Shown here piece by piece: positions 45,008-54,158 of a stretch of DNA of 64,000 nucleotides (positions within the stretch are counted from its first letter, which is position 1; the number at the start of each line of letters is the position of its first letter). The translations under genes were made by a program, and so were the position numbers. The DNA is from a bacterium BMS3Abin14 (GTDB lineage Bacteria; BMS3Abin14), in the NCBI GenBank assembly GCA_002897695.1, contig BDTG01000046.1:35411-99410 (forward strand). Reading direction: 5' to 3'. Below the pieces are notes generated by a model. The model saw only the letters and a program-made list of their open reading frames with translations. It searched no databases and was not told the DNA's origin.

Positions 45008-45499
45008 CTACGCCTTCTGCCTGTATGACTCAAGGATGCTACCAACACCGTCGGCTGAAACCTGCCGGTAGAGATCCGCATCAACCATCAGGGCCGGAGC
45101 ATGGTCGCACGCCCCTATACACTCCACTTCCACCAGTGAAAATATGCCGTCGGCAGTGGTCTGCCCCACTTCTATGCCCAGTTCCCTTTCAACCGCCCCG
45201 AGAATCTCATCCGACCCGTTGACCGAACAGCTCATGCTCCGACAGATCTGGACAAGATGCCTGCCCATGGGTTTCGTAAAGAACATGGTGTAGTAGGTGG
45301 CCACCTCAAAGGCCCTTACGTGGGGAATCTCGAGCATGTTCGCGATAAAGACGAGATCCTCCTCGTCCAGAGATTGTTTCTTTCCCTGAACGAAGTGCAG
45401 AAGGGGCATGATGGCGGACGCTTTTATGGGATATCGGCCGACAATGCCTTCCATGGCCCTGACGTCATCGGCTTTGAGGTATCCGGGGGGCGCCGTCAT
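45008..45499 (-). CDS. nuoE: NADH-quinone oxidoreductase subunit E
   Basis: ATYYTMF, CRSMSC...CIGACDHAP. Confidence 0.92.
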   Translation of the reverse strand: MTAPPGYLKADDVRAMEGIVGRYPIKASAIMPLLHFVQGKKQSLDEEDLVFIANMLEIPHVRAFEVATYYTMFFTKPMGRHLVQICRSMSCSVNGSDEILGAVERELGIEVGQTTADGIFSLVEVECIGACDHAPALMVDADLYRQVSADGVGSILESYRQKA

Positions 45500-46668
45500 C
45501 GGTCAATTTCCCCCAAGACAATATCAAGGCTCCCGATGATGGCCACCACATCGGCAAGCATATGCCCCTTGGCCATATCCATGAGGGACTGGAGATTGAC
45601 GAATGAGGGAGGACGGATTCTGAGGCGGTACGGCTTTGGCGTCCCGTCGCTGACGATATAAAAACCGATCTCGCCCTTGGGCGATTCAATGCTGGAATAT
45701 ACTTCCCCCTCGGGCGGCGCCAATCCGTCCACCACCAGTTTGAAGTGGTGGATCATGGCCTCCATCGAATCTTTCAGCCGGTCCTTGTCGGGGAAGACGT
45801 ACTTGGCGGTGCGCTCGATGAAAGGCCCTTCGGGAAGGCCCTTGACCAGCTGTCTGACCATTCGGGAACTCTGCCGCATTTCGACGAGACGGACAAGATA
45901 CCTCGCATAGATATCGCCGGCGGTCCTGACGGGAATGTCAAATTCAATCTCGTCGTAGGCCTCGTAAGGTTCGTCCCTTCGGATATCCCAATCAACACCT
46001 GAAGCACGCATAGCGGGTCCGGAAAGGCCCAGGCTGATGGCATCGGCCCGGCTGAGAACCCCGATATTCCTTGTCCTGTGCAACCATATGCGATTCTTTG
46101 TCAGAAGCCTCTCGTACTCATTGATGCGGACATCAAACTTGTCGAGGAAAGCGATGATCTTCGCATCAACACCCGCCGGGAGGTCACGGACTACACCGCC
46201 GGGACGGAAGTAGGTCATCATCATGCGTGTACCGGCGGTCTCCTCGATAATATCCAGGATGAACTCCCTCTCCCGGAAGCCGTAAAGGAGGACCGTCAGG
46301 GCGCCGATATCGGCCGCGTGGGTGCCCAGCCACACCAGGTGGCTCATGATCCGGGACAGCTCCGCAAATATGGTCCTGATATACTGCGCGCGGCGTGGAA
46401 CGTCCATCTCCAGGAGTTTTTCAACCGCCAGGATGTATGACAGATTGTTGGTGCCGGAGGAAAGATAGTCCAGTCGGTCGGTGAGAGGAATCACCTGAAG
46501 GTACTTCTTGTCTTCGGAAAGTTTTTCTATACCCCTGTGCAGATAACCGATATCGGGAACCGCGTTGACCACCGTCTCGCCGTCCAGCTCCAGGATAATC
46601 CGGAGGACGCCGTGGGTGGAGGGATGCTGAGGCCCCATGTTGATGGTCATTACTTCCTGTCTGGCCAT
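45496..46668 (-). CDS. nuoD: NADH-quinone oxidoreductase subunit D
   Basis: GPQHPSTHGVLR, GYLHRGIEK, ESPKGE, DIVLGEIDR; no NiFe CxxC motifs. Confidence 0.95.
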   Translation of the reverse strand: MARQEVMTINMGPQHPSTHGVLRIILELDGETVVNAVPDIGYLHRGIEKLSEDKKYLQVIPLTDRLDYLSSGTNNLSYILAVEKLLEMDVPRRAQYIRTIFAELSRIMSHLVWLGTHAADIGALTVLLYGFREREFILDIIEETAGTRMMMTYFRPGGVVRDLPAGVDAKIIAFLDKFDVRINEYERLLTKNRIWLHRTRNIGVLSRADAISLGLSGPAMRASGVDWDIRRDEPYEAYDEIEFDIPVRTAGDIYARYLVRLVEMRQSSRMVRQLVKGLPEGPFIERTAKYVFPDKDRLKDSMEAMIHHFKLVVDGLAPPEGEVYSSIESPKGEIGFYIVSDGTPKPYRLRIRPPSFVNLQSLMDMAKGHMLADVVAIIGSLDIVLGEIDR

Positions 46669-46679
46669 CTATTCCTCCC

Positions 46680-47189
46680 TCACCACTCTTCCCGTCCTCC
46701 GACGGGAAATTCCTTACGCAGGGGATATCCTTCGAAATCGCTGGGCATGAGTATCCTTCTCAGGTCCGGATGATCCGCAAATGGAATGCCGAAAAGATCA
46801 AAAATCTCCCTCTCCAGCCAGTCGGCTCCCCGCCACAATCCGCAGACGCTGTCTACTTCCTGCCCTTCCGAAATCCTCGTCTTGAGCCGGAAGCGCATTT
46901 TGCCGGCGATGGAAAATAGCTGATAGATGACATCGAATGGGGCCTCTTTCCTGACAGGCCAGTGGACGGCCGTAACGTCCGAGAGGAAATCGAAGGCCAG
47001 TTCCGGGTCATCCTTGAGAAAGCGAAGCGCGTCCCTGCATTTTTCGGGGGCGATGACCACTCCGACCTCACCTCGGAAGAATTCAATTTCCCGAACAGCC
47101 CCTGAAAAATTTTTGCGAAGTGCCGTAACCGCGGGATGCTTCTCCGGATCCTCCCCCGCGAAGTTCTGGCGATTCCAGTTAACCGTCAA
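46680..47189 (-). CDS. nuoC: NADH-quinone oxidoreductase subunit C
   Basis: [32 protein letters not shown]. Confidence 0.93.
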   Translation of the reverse strand: MTVNWNRQNFAGEDPEKHPAVTALRKNFSGAVREIEFFRGEVGVVIAPEKCRDALRFLKDDPELAFDFLSDVTAVHWPVRKEAPFDVIYQLFSIAGKMRFRLKTRISEGQEVDSVCGLWRGADWLEREIFDLFGIPFADHPDLRRILMPSDFEGYPLRKEFPVGGREEW

Positions 47190-47740
47190 ATCGTCTCCTT
47201 TTTATGCGGCCCCGTAAATCCCGGCGCAACCTTGCGGGGTACCGCAGAAAAGTTTGACTGGCTGTCAATCTTCATCTGAAGGGTCATGAGCCCGTGGATG
47301 AGGGCCTCGGGACGCGGAGGGCATCCGGGAACATAGACATCCACCGGAATAACATGGTTCACCCCGGGGACCACACTGTAGGTCTGAAAGATCCCGCCGC
47401 ACGTCGCGCAGCTTCCCATGGCCAGAACCCATTTGGGGTCTGCCATCTGATCGTAAAGCTTCTTGAGCACCGGCGCCATCTTGTTTGTCACGGTCCCGGC
47501 CACGATCATAAGGTCGGCCTGCCTGGGGGAGGACCTGAAGACCTCCATGCCGAAACGGGCTATATCATATCGCGCGGCCGCGGTGGCCATCATCTCTATG
47601 GCACAACAGGCCAGCCCGAAGCCGAGGGGCCACAGCGATGATCGCTGTGCCCAGTTAATGGCGGAACTTAACGTTGTGAGAACGATATTGCCCTCATCCG
47701 GGTGTGGACCTTTATAAATGTGGGTGGGGTTTTTGCTCAT
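47186..47740 (-). CDS. nuoB: NADH-quinone oxidoreductase subunit B
   Basis: [37 protein letters not shown] 47740 overlaps the nuoA stop. Confidence 0.95.
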   Translation of the reverse strand: MSKNPTHIYKGPHPDEGNIVLTTLSSAINWAQRSSLWPLGFGLACCAIEMMATAAARYDIARFGMEVFRSSPRQADLMIVAGTVTNKMAPVLKKLYDQMADPKWVLAMGSCATCGGIFQTYSVVPGVNHVIPVDVYVPGCPPRPEALIHGLMTLQMKIDSQSNFSAVPRKVAPGFTGPHKKETI

Positions 47741-48111
47741 GACCAGTCCAGAGCTCCCTTCCTCCATACGTAGACATAGCCGAAGAGGAGGACAGCGATA
47801 AAGAGGATCATCTCGACGAAACCGAAGATAACCGGGTTGAAACGGTCAAAGAGGATCGCCCACGGATACAGGAACACTATTTCAACGTCAAACAGGATAA
47901 ACAGCATGCCTATGAGGTAGAATCGAACGTCAAAGCGCCCCCTGGCATCCTTGAAGGGGACCATGCCGCATTCATAGGTGGAGTTTTTCTCCGCGGTGGG
48001 ATTCTTTTTCCCCATGAAAACGGACATGACCACCATTCCACCGCCCACGCCGCCTACCGCGAGGAGGAAAATAAATACAGGCAGATAATTGAGGACGAGC
48101 TCCCCTTTCAC
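47737..48111 (-). CDS. nuoA: NADH-quinone oxidoreductase subunit A
   Basis: [34 protein letters not shown]. Confidence 0.95.
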   Translation of the reverse strand: MKGELVLNYLPVFIFLLAVGGVGGGMVVMSVFMGKKNPTAEKNSTYECGMVPFKDARGRFDVRFYLIGMLFILFDVEIVFLYPWAILFDRFNPVIFGFVEMILFIAVLLFGYVYVWRKGALDWS

Positions 48112-48244
48112 CGAAAATACCTCCCCCCCCGGATTAAAGGGCGTGAAAATACCACATCAGCCGGGAATTTGAATAAGATCGTGTCTAAGGTTCCGGGGAG
48201 AATGTATACAAAAAACAATCCCCGATGTCCACAACAAATAATGA

Positions 48245-48353
48245 TTGATAATTTCGCAAGAAGCCGTCAAAGTGCCCGTTTAAGGGCTCCTGGAAGCCAC
48301 GAACCGGCCTGTGCATTGCACGCATACAGGTGGGCGCTTTGCGATTACGTCAA
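48245..48353. mobile_element. Possible degenerate MITE-like element (109 bp)
   Basis: Imperfect terminal inverted repeats TTGATAATTTCGCAA / TTGCGATTACGTCAA (10/15), internal CCTGT...ACAGG hairpin; the left end resembles 14424-14449. Confidence 0.35.
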
Positions 48354-48384
48354 GTTTACAACTCCATCAAGCCCTGATCCAGGT

Positions 48385-48416
48385 AAGAATCTGATTCAAG
48401 AAGAATCTGATTCAAG
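48385..48416. repeat. Perfect 16-bp tandem duplication AAGAATCTGATTCAAG x2
   Basis: Read directly; each unit contains the palindrome GAATC-T-GATTC. Confidence 0.95.
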
Positions 48417-48420
48417 ATTG

Positions 48421-48438
48421 ATGTGAATTTTTTTGCAA
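48421..48438. promoter_or_regulatory. Candidate Rex operator ATGTGAA-TTTT-TTTGCAA
   Basis: 11/14 match to TTGTGAA-N4-TTCACAA, in the divergent nuoA/hemL intergenic region; rex is encoded downstream. Confidence 0.5.
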
Positions 48439-48560
48439 CCAGCGCCAAGATAGTACAATTCAAAGGAATTTGCCACCTTTTTTCTTGACAGGGCATGGTG
48501 GCTATGATAGATGGAAACTCGTTGAATTTTAAGGAGTTTTCCCATTCAGGAGGTTTTGTA

Positions 48561-49859
48561 ATGACCAGATCTGCCGAACTTTTTTCCGAAGCGCAGACCG
48601 TAATACCCGGGGGCGTCAACAGCCCGGTCAGAGCCTTTAAATCCGTTGGGGGAGTTCCCCCCTTCATCAGGAAAGCCTTCGGGTCCTCCATCGAGGATGT
48701 CGATGGAAATGTTTACGTGGACTATGTGGGCTCCTATGGGCCCATGATCGCCGGACACGCCAACAGGAGGGTCCTGGATGCTATAACAGGCGCTGCCGAT
48801 AACGGCACAAGTTTTGGCGCCCCCACTGAGATGGAAACTCGGCTTTCCAGGATGGTAATCTCCGCAGTGCCTTCCATGGAGAAGATACGAATGGTGAATT
48901 CCGGGACCGAAGCCACAATGAGTGCAATCCGGGTTTCCCGTGGGGTCACGGGACGCGACCGGATCATCAAGTTCAACGGCTGCTACCACGGGCATTCCGA
49001 CGGTCTGCTGGTCCATGCCGGCTCGGGAGCGCTCACGTTCGGAGTACCCGACAGCCCCGGTGTTCCGGCCGATTTCGCAAGAAACACCCTCGTAGCTGAA
49101 TTCAACGATCTTCAGTCCGTGGAGGATCTGTTCCGTGAGAACGCAGGTGAGATCGCCGCGGTAATCGTCGAGCCCATTCCCGGCAATATGGGCGTCATCC
49201 TTCCCCGGGAGGGGTTTCTCCAGGGATTGCGGGATCTGACCACGGCTGAGGATGCCCTGTTGATCTTCGACGAGGTCATGACCGGTTTCAGGGTTTCCTA
49301 TGGCGGGGCTCAGGAACTTTACGGGATCGATCCGGACCTGACGACACTGGGCAAAATTATCGGAGGAGGGCTGCCGGTGGGAGCATACGGGGGCAAGAGC
49401 AGGTACATGTCCCAGGTGTCGCCGGAGGGGCCTATCTATCAGGCAGGCACCCTGTCGGGCAATCCCCTGGCCATGGCCGCAGGCATTGCCACATTGGAGA
49501 TCCTGTCCCAATCGGGCACGTACGGTATCCTGGAAAAGACATCCGCTGCCCTGGAAAAAGGGTTTGCCGAAATCAACCGGAAGCTTGGGGCGGATCTTGC
49601 CTTCAATCGGGTGGGTTCAATGTTTACCACCTTTTTTACGGACGGAACTGTTGACGACTTTTCCAAAGCCAAATCGTCCGATACTGCCAAATTCAGCGCC
49701 TACTTCGCCACCATGCTCAGGGAAGGCATCTACATGGCGCCGTCACAATTCGAGGCTGCATTCGTTTCCCTGGCCCACACCGATTCCGATGTCTCACGCA
49801 CTATTGACGCCCATGAAACGGCTCTTCGTGCTGTCCTGACGGCGGAACGCCTTCCATAG
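48561..49859 (+). CDS. hemL: Glutamate-1-semialdehyde 2,1-aminomutase
   Basis: [49 protein letters not shown] 48561 with AGGAGG. Confidence 0.97.
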   Translation: MTRSAELFSEAQTVIPGGVNSPVRAFKSVGGVPPFIRKAFGSSIEDVDGNVYVDYVGSYGPMIAGHANRRVLDAITGAADNGTSFGAPTEMETRLSRMVISAVPSMEKIRMVNSGTEATMSAIRVSRGVTGRDRIIKFNGCYHGHSDGLLVHAGSGALTFGVPDSPGVPADFARNTLVAEFNDLQSVEDLFRENAGEIAAVIVEPIPGNMGVILPREGFLQGLRDLTTAEDALLIFDEVMTGFRVSYGGAQELYGIDPDLTTLGKIIGGGLPVGAYGGKSRYMSQVSPEGPIYQAGTLSGNPLAMAAGIATLEILSQSGTYGILEKTSAALEKGFAEINRKLGADLAFNRVGSMFTTFFTDGTVDDFSKAKSSDTAKFSAYFATMLREGIYMAPSQFEAAFVSLAHTDSDVSRTIDAHETALRAVLTAERLP

Positions 49860-49866
49860 CAGGGTA

Positions 49867-49896
49867 TTGACAACCGGAAAATCACTCTGCTAGATT
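49867..49896 (+). promoter_or_regulatory. sigma70-type promoter for the atp genes (TTGACA-N18-TAGATT, TGn extension)
   Basis: Read directly, upstream of atpZ. Confidence 0.55.
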
Positions 49897-49969
49897 ATGG
49901 CCTGGTTTTACGGGAGTCCATGGTGGAACACATCATTTGTTTCGCATGGCTGATGTAAGGATTTTCAGG

Positions 49970-50203
49970 ATGTCGAGGCCACGCCTTTTTTACGATCTTT
50001 TAAAATACAGCAGCCTGGGGCTGGAAATGGGAGCCGCTGTCATCATAGGGCTTCTTTTCGGAGTCTTTCTGGACAGGAAGTTCGGGACCGATCCATGGCT
50101 CACCCTTCTGTTCCTTGGTTTGGGGTTCGCTGCGGCCGTACGGGCACTCATGAGAGCTGCTCGGGACGGGGCCTTCGTGGAAAAGACGGATGATCGCCCT
50201 TGA
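49970..50203 (+). CDS. AtpZ/AtpI-family small membrane protein
   Basis: SSLGLEMG..VIIG...G..LDRKFGTDPW motif; first gene of the F0 cluster. The ORF extends to 49937. Confidence 0.85.
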   Translation: MSRPRLFYDLLKYSSLGLEMGAAVIIGLLFGVFLDRKFGTDPWLTLLFLGLGFAAAVRALMRAARDGAFVEKTDDRP

Positions 50204-50579
50204 CGGTGGATCTCGGCTCAGGCGGATTAAACTCTGGATTCTTGCACTCAGCCTGATTCCCGGCGGGGTTTCCCTCGTGCTTGCTTCAGGGGATTATGCC
50301 GCCGGCTTTGCCCTGGGCGGGGCCATAGTTCTCCTGAATTTTATTGGAACCGAACAGATTATTAAAAGTTTCGCGGCAGGCGGCGGGGCCGGCAGCGCAC
50401 TGATAGCGGTTCTGCAGTTTTTCAAGCTTGGCGTTACAGGGGCCATTATAGCCGGCATCCTTTACTGGGACGTGGTTTCACCTGTTTCTATTATCCTGGG
50501 CCTGTCGGCGCTTCCAGCCGGCTTAATGTTTGACTTTTTTCTCTTTCCCACGAACAAGCGGGATGGAAGGGAGTTATAG
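50190..50579 (+). CDS. atpI: ATP synthase protein I
   Basis: Four-TM hydrophobic protein between atpZ and atpB. Confidence 0.75.
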   Translation: MIALDGGSRLRRIKLWILALSLIPGGVSLVLASGDYAAGFALGGAIVLLNFIGTEQIIKSFAAGGGAGSALIAVLQFFKLGVTGAIIAGILYWDVVSPVSIILGLSALPAGLMFDFFLFPTNKRDGREL

Positions 50580-51293
50580 ATGGCAGCAGAGACGTTTCTC
50601 TTCCTGGATCATACCCCCATATTTACAGCCCTTGATCGGGTTGAGGGGATAGATCCGGCGCCCATTATACACGGCGCCCTGGTTTTCATCATCATCGTTG
50701 CCGGCGCATTTCTGGTAAACAGGTCACTGAAGGGCCGGAGGATCATGCCTCAGGAGAAGACGTTCTCTATTCCAAACCTCGCTGAGCTTGCCGTTTCAGG
50801 AATTCTCACATTCATGGAGGGGCTGATGGGCAAGGAGGCCAGGCGGTTTCTTCCCCTCATCGGAACCACTGCCTTCTTTATCCTCTTTTCCAATCTGATA
50901 GGCAACATACCTGGCTTCGAGGCCCCGACGAGCAACTTCAATACCACCCTTGCGTGTGCCATCGTCATCGTCGTTACAACACATATCATCGGCATCAGGA
51001 CCCACGGTACAAAGTACATCAAGCATTTCCTCGGGCCAGTCTGGTGGCTGGCCTGGTTGATTCTGCCCATTGAGATCATCAGCCATCTTGCAAGGATATT
51101 GAGCCTGTCGGTGCGTCTCTTCGGCAACATGTTCGGAGACCACCTGGTTCTTGCGACATTCATGAGTCTCGTTGTCCTGCTGGTCCCTGTGATCTTCATG
51201 GGACTTGGGCTTTTTGTCGCCTTCGTACAGACTTTTGTGTTTACACTACTGTCGATCATCTATATAACTGGAGCCCTTGAAGAGGCTCACTGA
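50580..51293 (+). CDS. atpB: F0F1 ATP synthase subunit a
   Basis: LFSNLIGNIPG, PTSNFN, SLSVRLFGNM, VQTFVFTLLS. Confidence 0.96.
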   Translation: MAAETFLFLDHTPIFTALDRVEGIDPAPIIHGALVFIIIVAGAFLVNRSLKGRRIMPQEKTFSIPNLAELAVSGILTFMEGLMGKEARRFLPLIGTTAFFILFSNLIGNIPGFEAPTSNFNTTLACAIVIVVTTHIIGIRTHGTKYIKHFLGPVWWLAWLILPIEIISHLARILSLSVRLFGNMFGDHLVLATFMSLVVLLVPVIFMGLGLFVAFVQTFVFTLLSIIYITGALEEAH

Positions 51294-51342
51294 TTATTCT
51301 GAATAGATAAAAATAGTAATTCGAGAAAGGAGATAGAACTCG

Positions 51343-51666
51343 ATGAGGAGACCTTACATCACCACGCTTATGGCCATACTCTTCCTGTTTATCATGGCGC
51401 CCGCGGCCTTTGCGGCCGAGGCCGGCGCCCTTCCAGAGCTGGTAGGATTGGGCGTTGCTTTGGCATCCGGGTTGGGAATCGGTCTTGCCGCCCTGGGCGG
51501 CGGTATCGGCCAGGGACTGGCTGTAAAGGGGGCTGTAGAGGGGCTTGCCAGAAATCCCGGAGCATCGGGCAAACTCATGGTTTTCATGATTATCGGATTG
51601 GCCATGATTGAATCCCTCGTTATCTACGCCCTGGTTATCTCTTTCCTGCTTATTTTCAAGATCTAG
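51343..51666 (+). CDS. atpE: F0F1 ATP synthase subunit c with a leader-like N-terminal extension
   Basis: GxGxGxG glycine motif, ARNP loop, AMIESLVIY. Confidence 0.95.
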   Translation: MRRPYITTLMAILFLFIMAPAAFAAEAGALPELVGLGVALASGLGIGLAALGGGIGQGLAVKGAVEGLARNPGASGKLMVFMIIGLAMIESLVIYALVISFLLIFKI

Positions 51667-51688
51667 AATATACCGGATATTTGGGCCC

Positions 51689-51717
51689 CAGGGAGGGGAT
51701 AGCCCCCTCCCTGTTTT
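51689..51717 (+). terminator. Rho-independent terminator after atpE
   Basis: CAGGGAGGGG-ATAGC-CCCCTCCCTG perfect 10-bp stem followed by TTTT. Confidence 0.8.
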
Positions 51718-51802
51718 GGAACCGTCTATGTGAAAATGCGAACTTTTTCAAGCTACCCGGGCGAACCACTGCCCGGGTACGACAAGCAGGAGGTTGGATA
51801 TA

Positions 51803-52993
51803 ATGAGGCCCTTTATTATTGCTGCTGCGGTCCTTCTTCTCGTCGCCACGCCCGCCGCCGCTTTATCGACATCCGACTGCCTCGATTGCCATTCCGACAA
51901 GGATCTGACAAAAACCGTCGACGGAAAGGATATATCCCTCTACATCAATGAGAAAACCTTCGCCGGGTCGGTCCATGGGGAAATGGATTGCACTGACTGT
52001 CATGAGGATCTGGCTGATGTTCAGGACGAACACGGCGAGATCGTAAAAAAAGTCCAGTGCGCCAACTGTCACGACGGTCCAGCCGCCTTGATGTCGCATA
52101 GCGTCCATGCCGGAGGAAATTCCGGGGTCGCGTCCGATCTGCCCGCCTGCAGTGATTGTCACGGCAAGCATGACATACTTCCCCCCGACAACGCCAAGTC
52201 TCACGTTTTCGCCCTTAACGTTCCTGAAACCTGCTGCAAGTGTCACAGCTCAGTGGAGATCGCATCCCGGCACCCCTCGCTGGACCCGAAAGTCTGCAGC
52301 GATTACGAGGCCGGAATACACGGGCTCATCCTCAGCAAAAGCGGAGTGGTTTCCTCGGCCGCCTGCAATGACTGTCACGGAAACCATGACATCAGGTCCC
52401 CCAAGGATCCCTCCTCCAGAGTGAACCGCGCAAATATCGACGGCACGTGCGGAACATGCCACGTGGGCATCGTTGAGACCTACAGGAAAAGCATTCACGG
52501 GACACTGTACGCGTCCGGATCGAAGGATGCGCCTACATGCATCTCCTGCCATGAGAGTCACCGGATAGACAGGGCAATGGCCAAGGAATTCACGGTCACC
52601 GTAACGAAACGCTGCTCCCGATGCCACCCTGATGCTGATGCCACCTTCAAAAACACGTACCATGGCCAAGTCACCGGGTTGGACTACGCCGCTGCTGCCC
52701 AATGCCCTGATTGCCACGGGGCGCACAATATCCTGCCCAAGGAGGATCCGGCCTCCATGGTCAACCCCGACAACCTCGTAACAACATGCGGAAAATGCCA
52801 TGAGGGGGCCAACGCAAACTTCGTCCTTTACATGCCCCACGCCGATTACCACAACGCGAAGAAAGATCCCGGCCTCTACTCCGTCTATCTCGCCATGGTG
52901 ATCCTGCTTTCAGGGGTGTTTATCTTCTTCGGGATCCACACCGTTCTCTGGTTCCTGAGATCCTATCAGAATGAGCGAAAAAAGCGGAATTAA
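51803..52993 (+). CDS. Periplasmic multiheme cytochrome c (11 CxxCH) with a C-terminal membrane anchor
   Basis: Signal peptide, 11 counted CxxCH motifs, C-terminal TM helix. ATG 51803 with AGGAGG. Confidence 0.93.
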   Translation: MRPFIIAAAVLLLVATPAAALSTSDCLDCHSDKDLTKTVDGKDISLYINEKTFAGSVHGEMDCTDCHEDLADVQDEHGEIVKKVQCANCHDGPAALMSHSVHAGGNSGVASDLPACSDCHGKHDILPPDNAKSHVFALNVPETCCKCHSSVEIASRHPSLDPKVCSDYEAGIHGLILSKSGVVSSAACNDCHGNHDIRSPKDPSSRVNRANIDGTCGTCHVGIVETYRKSIHGTLYASGSKDAPTCISCHESHRIDRAMAKEFTVTVTKRCSRCHPDADATFKNTYHGQVTGLDYAAAAQCPDCHGAHNILPKEDPASMVNPDNLVTTCGKCHEGANANFVLYMPHADYHNAKKDPGLYSVYLAMVILLSGVFIFFGIHTVLWFLRSYQNERKKRN

Positions 52994-53023
52994 GCGCGGG
53001 AATCGCCCTGGGAGGGTTGCAAA

Positions 53024-53890
53024 ATGAACGATTCAATGCATGTTGACCAGGCAGGGCCGGAGGACAGGTGGTATCTTCGTTTCACCTACTATCACCGATT
53101 CCTCCACGCCCTCGTAATCATCAGTTTTCTCGGGCTCGTTCTCACCGGAATGCCCTTGAAATTCAACGAGTCCGCCTGGGCAAAGGGATGGGCAAGTCTT
53201 CTCGGGGGAATTCAGACCGCCGCCTATTTTCACCGCTTTTTCGCGTTAATCACATTTCTGTACTTTTTTCTGCATCTAGTATTCGCCCTGCACTACATCG
53301 TCAAGGTAAGGAAAGAACCGTTTTTCAAGTGGTTGTTCGGCCCCAATTCAATGATGCCCTGGATAAAGGATCTGGAGGATATTATAGCCCATTTCCGATG
53401 GTTCCTGGGGTTGGGGGAGCGGCCCAGATTTGACCGATTTACCTACTGGGAGAAATTCGATTACATGGCGGTTTTCTGGGGGGTGGGAATTATCGGGATC
53501 TCCGGACTTTTACTCTGGTTCCCGGTATTTTTCTCCAGGTTCATGCCCGGATGGGTTTTTAACGTCGCCATTATTCTCCACTCCGACGAGGCCCTCCTGG
53601 CGGCCGGTTTTATCTTTACTATCCATTTCTTCAATACCCACCTCCGGCCGGAGAAATTCCCTCTGGACTTCGTTATTTTCACCGGCAGGGTCACGGAGGA
53701 AGAACTGAAACACGAAAGGCCCATGGAGTACGAAAGGCTTGTTGAAAATGGCGAGCTGAAATCCATCAGCGCCACCCCGCCAACCAGGACAACCCTCATC
53801 TGGGCGCGCATAGTCGGATTCTCCGCTTACGGAATCGGCCTGGTCATGGTTATACTCATTATCTACTCTGCTATTCAGGAACTGCACTGA
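53024..53890 (+). CDS. Di-heme cytochrome b membrane subunit (FdnI/HydC-like, CbcL b-domain-like)
   Basis: RF...HRFLH, YFHRFFA, RFTYWEKFDYMAVFWG, ILHSDEALLA, IHFFNTH. Confidence 0.88.
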   Translation: MNDSMHVDQAGPEDRWYLRFTYYHRFLHALVIISFLGLVLTGMPLKFNESAWAKGWASLLGGIQTAAYFHRFFALITFLYFFLHLVFALHYIVKVRKEPFFKWLFGPNSMMPWIKDLEDIIAHFRWFLGLGERPRFDRFTYWEKFDYMAVFWGVGIIGISGLLLWFPVFFSRFMPGWVFNVAIILHSDEALLAAGFIFTIHFFNTHLRPEKFPLDFVIFTGRVTEEELKHERPMEYERLVENGELKSISATPPTRTTLIWARIVGFSAYGIGLVMVILIIYSAIQELH

Positions 53891-53964
53891 TTCATTGACG
53901 CGATCGAATCGCGCACGCCTGAGTGTGCTGATATCTGAATTTGTACCCCACGGGAGGGCAACAT

Positions 53965-53988
53965 CCGCCGGTGGCGGTAGATTTTTTT
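53965..53988 (+). terminator. Possible weak terminator after the cytochrome b gene
   Basis: CCGCC-GGT-GGCGG stem, with a T7 tract a few bases later. Confidence 0.3.
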
Positions 53989-54018
53989 CTGCCTGAAACC
54001 GCAAACTCCCATCATTCA

Positions 54019-54073
54019 TTGACACATCAGGCCAAGGTGTGCTAAAAATCTCAATCGGGAAAGCTGTTCACAA
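54019..54073 (+). promoter_or_regulatory. Candidate promoter (TTGACA-N18-TAAAAA) followed by a Rex-like half site TTCACAA
   Basis: Perfect right half-site at 54067-54073; the left half TCGGGAA fits only with a 5-nt spacer. Confidence 0.3.
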
Positions 54074-54158
54074 GCTCTGGTGAAGTGGGAATGGGACCAG
54101 AGGGTAGGTAAACCCGTTAGAGAGCAAGCCGTTGGACCTCAAGCGACCGGTGGAAAAT

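Noticed and set aside
45496-47740. Group 4 membrane-bound [NiFe]-hydrogenase
   Set aside because: NuoD lacks both CxxC Ni-binding motifs, and the full nuoA-N set is present.
48123-48130. G8 tract (minus strand) before nuoA as a phase-variation switch
   Set aside because: It lies upstream of and merges with the RBS; slippage would alter neither the frame nor the RBS spacing.
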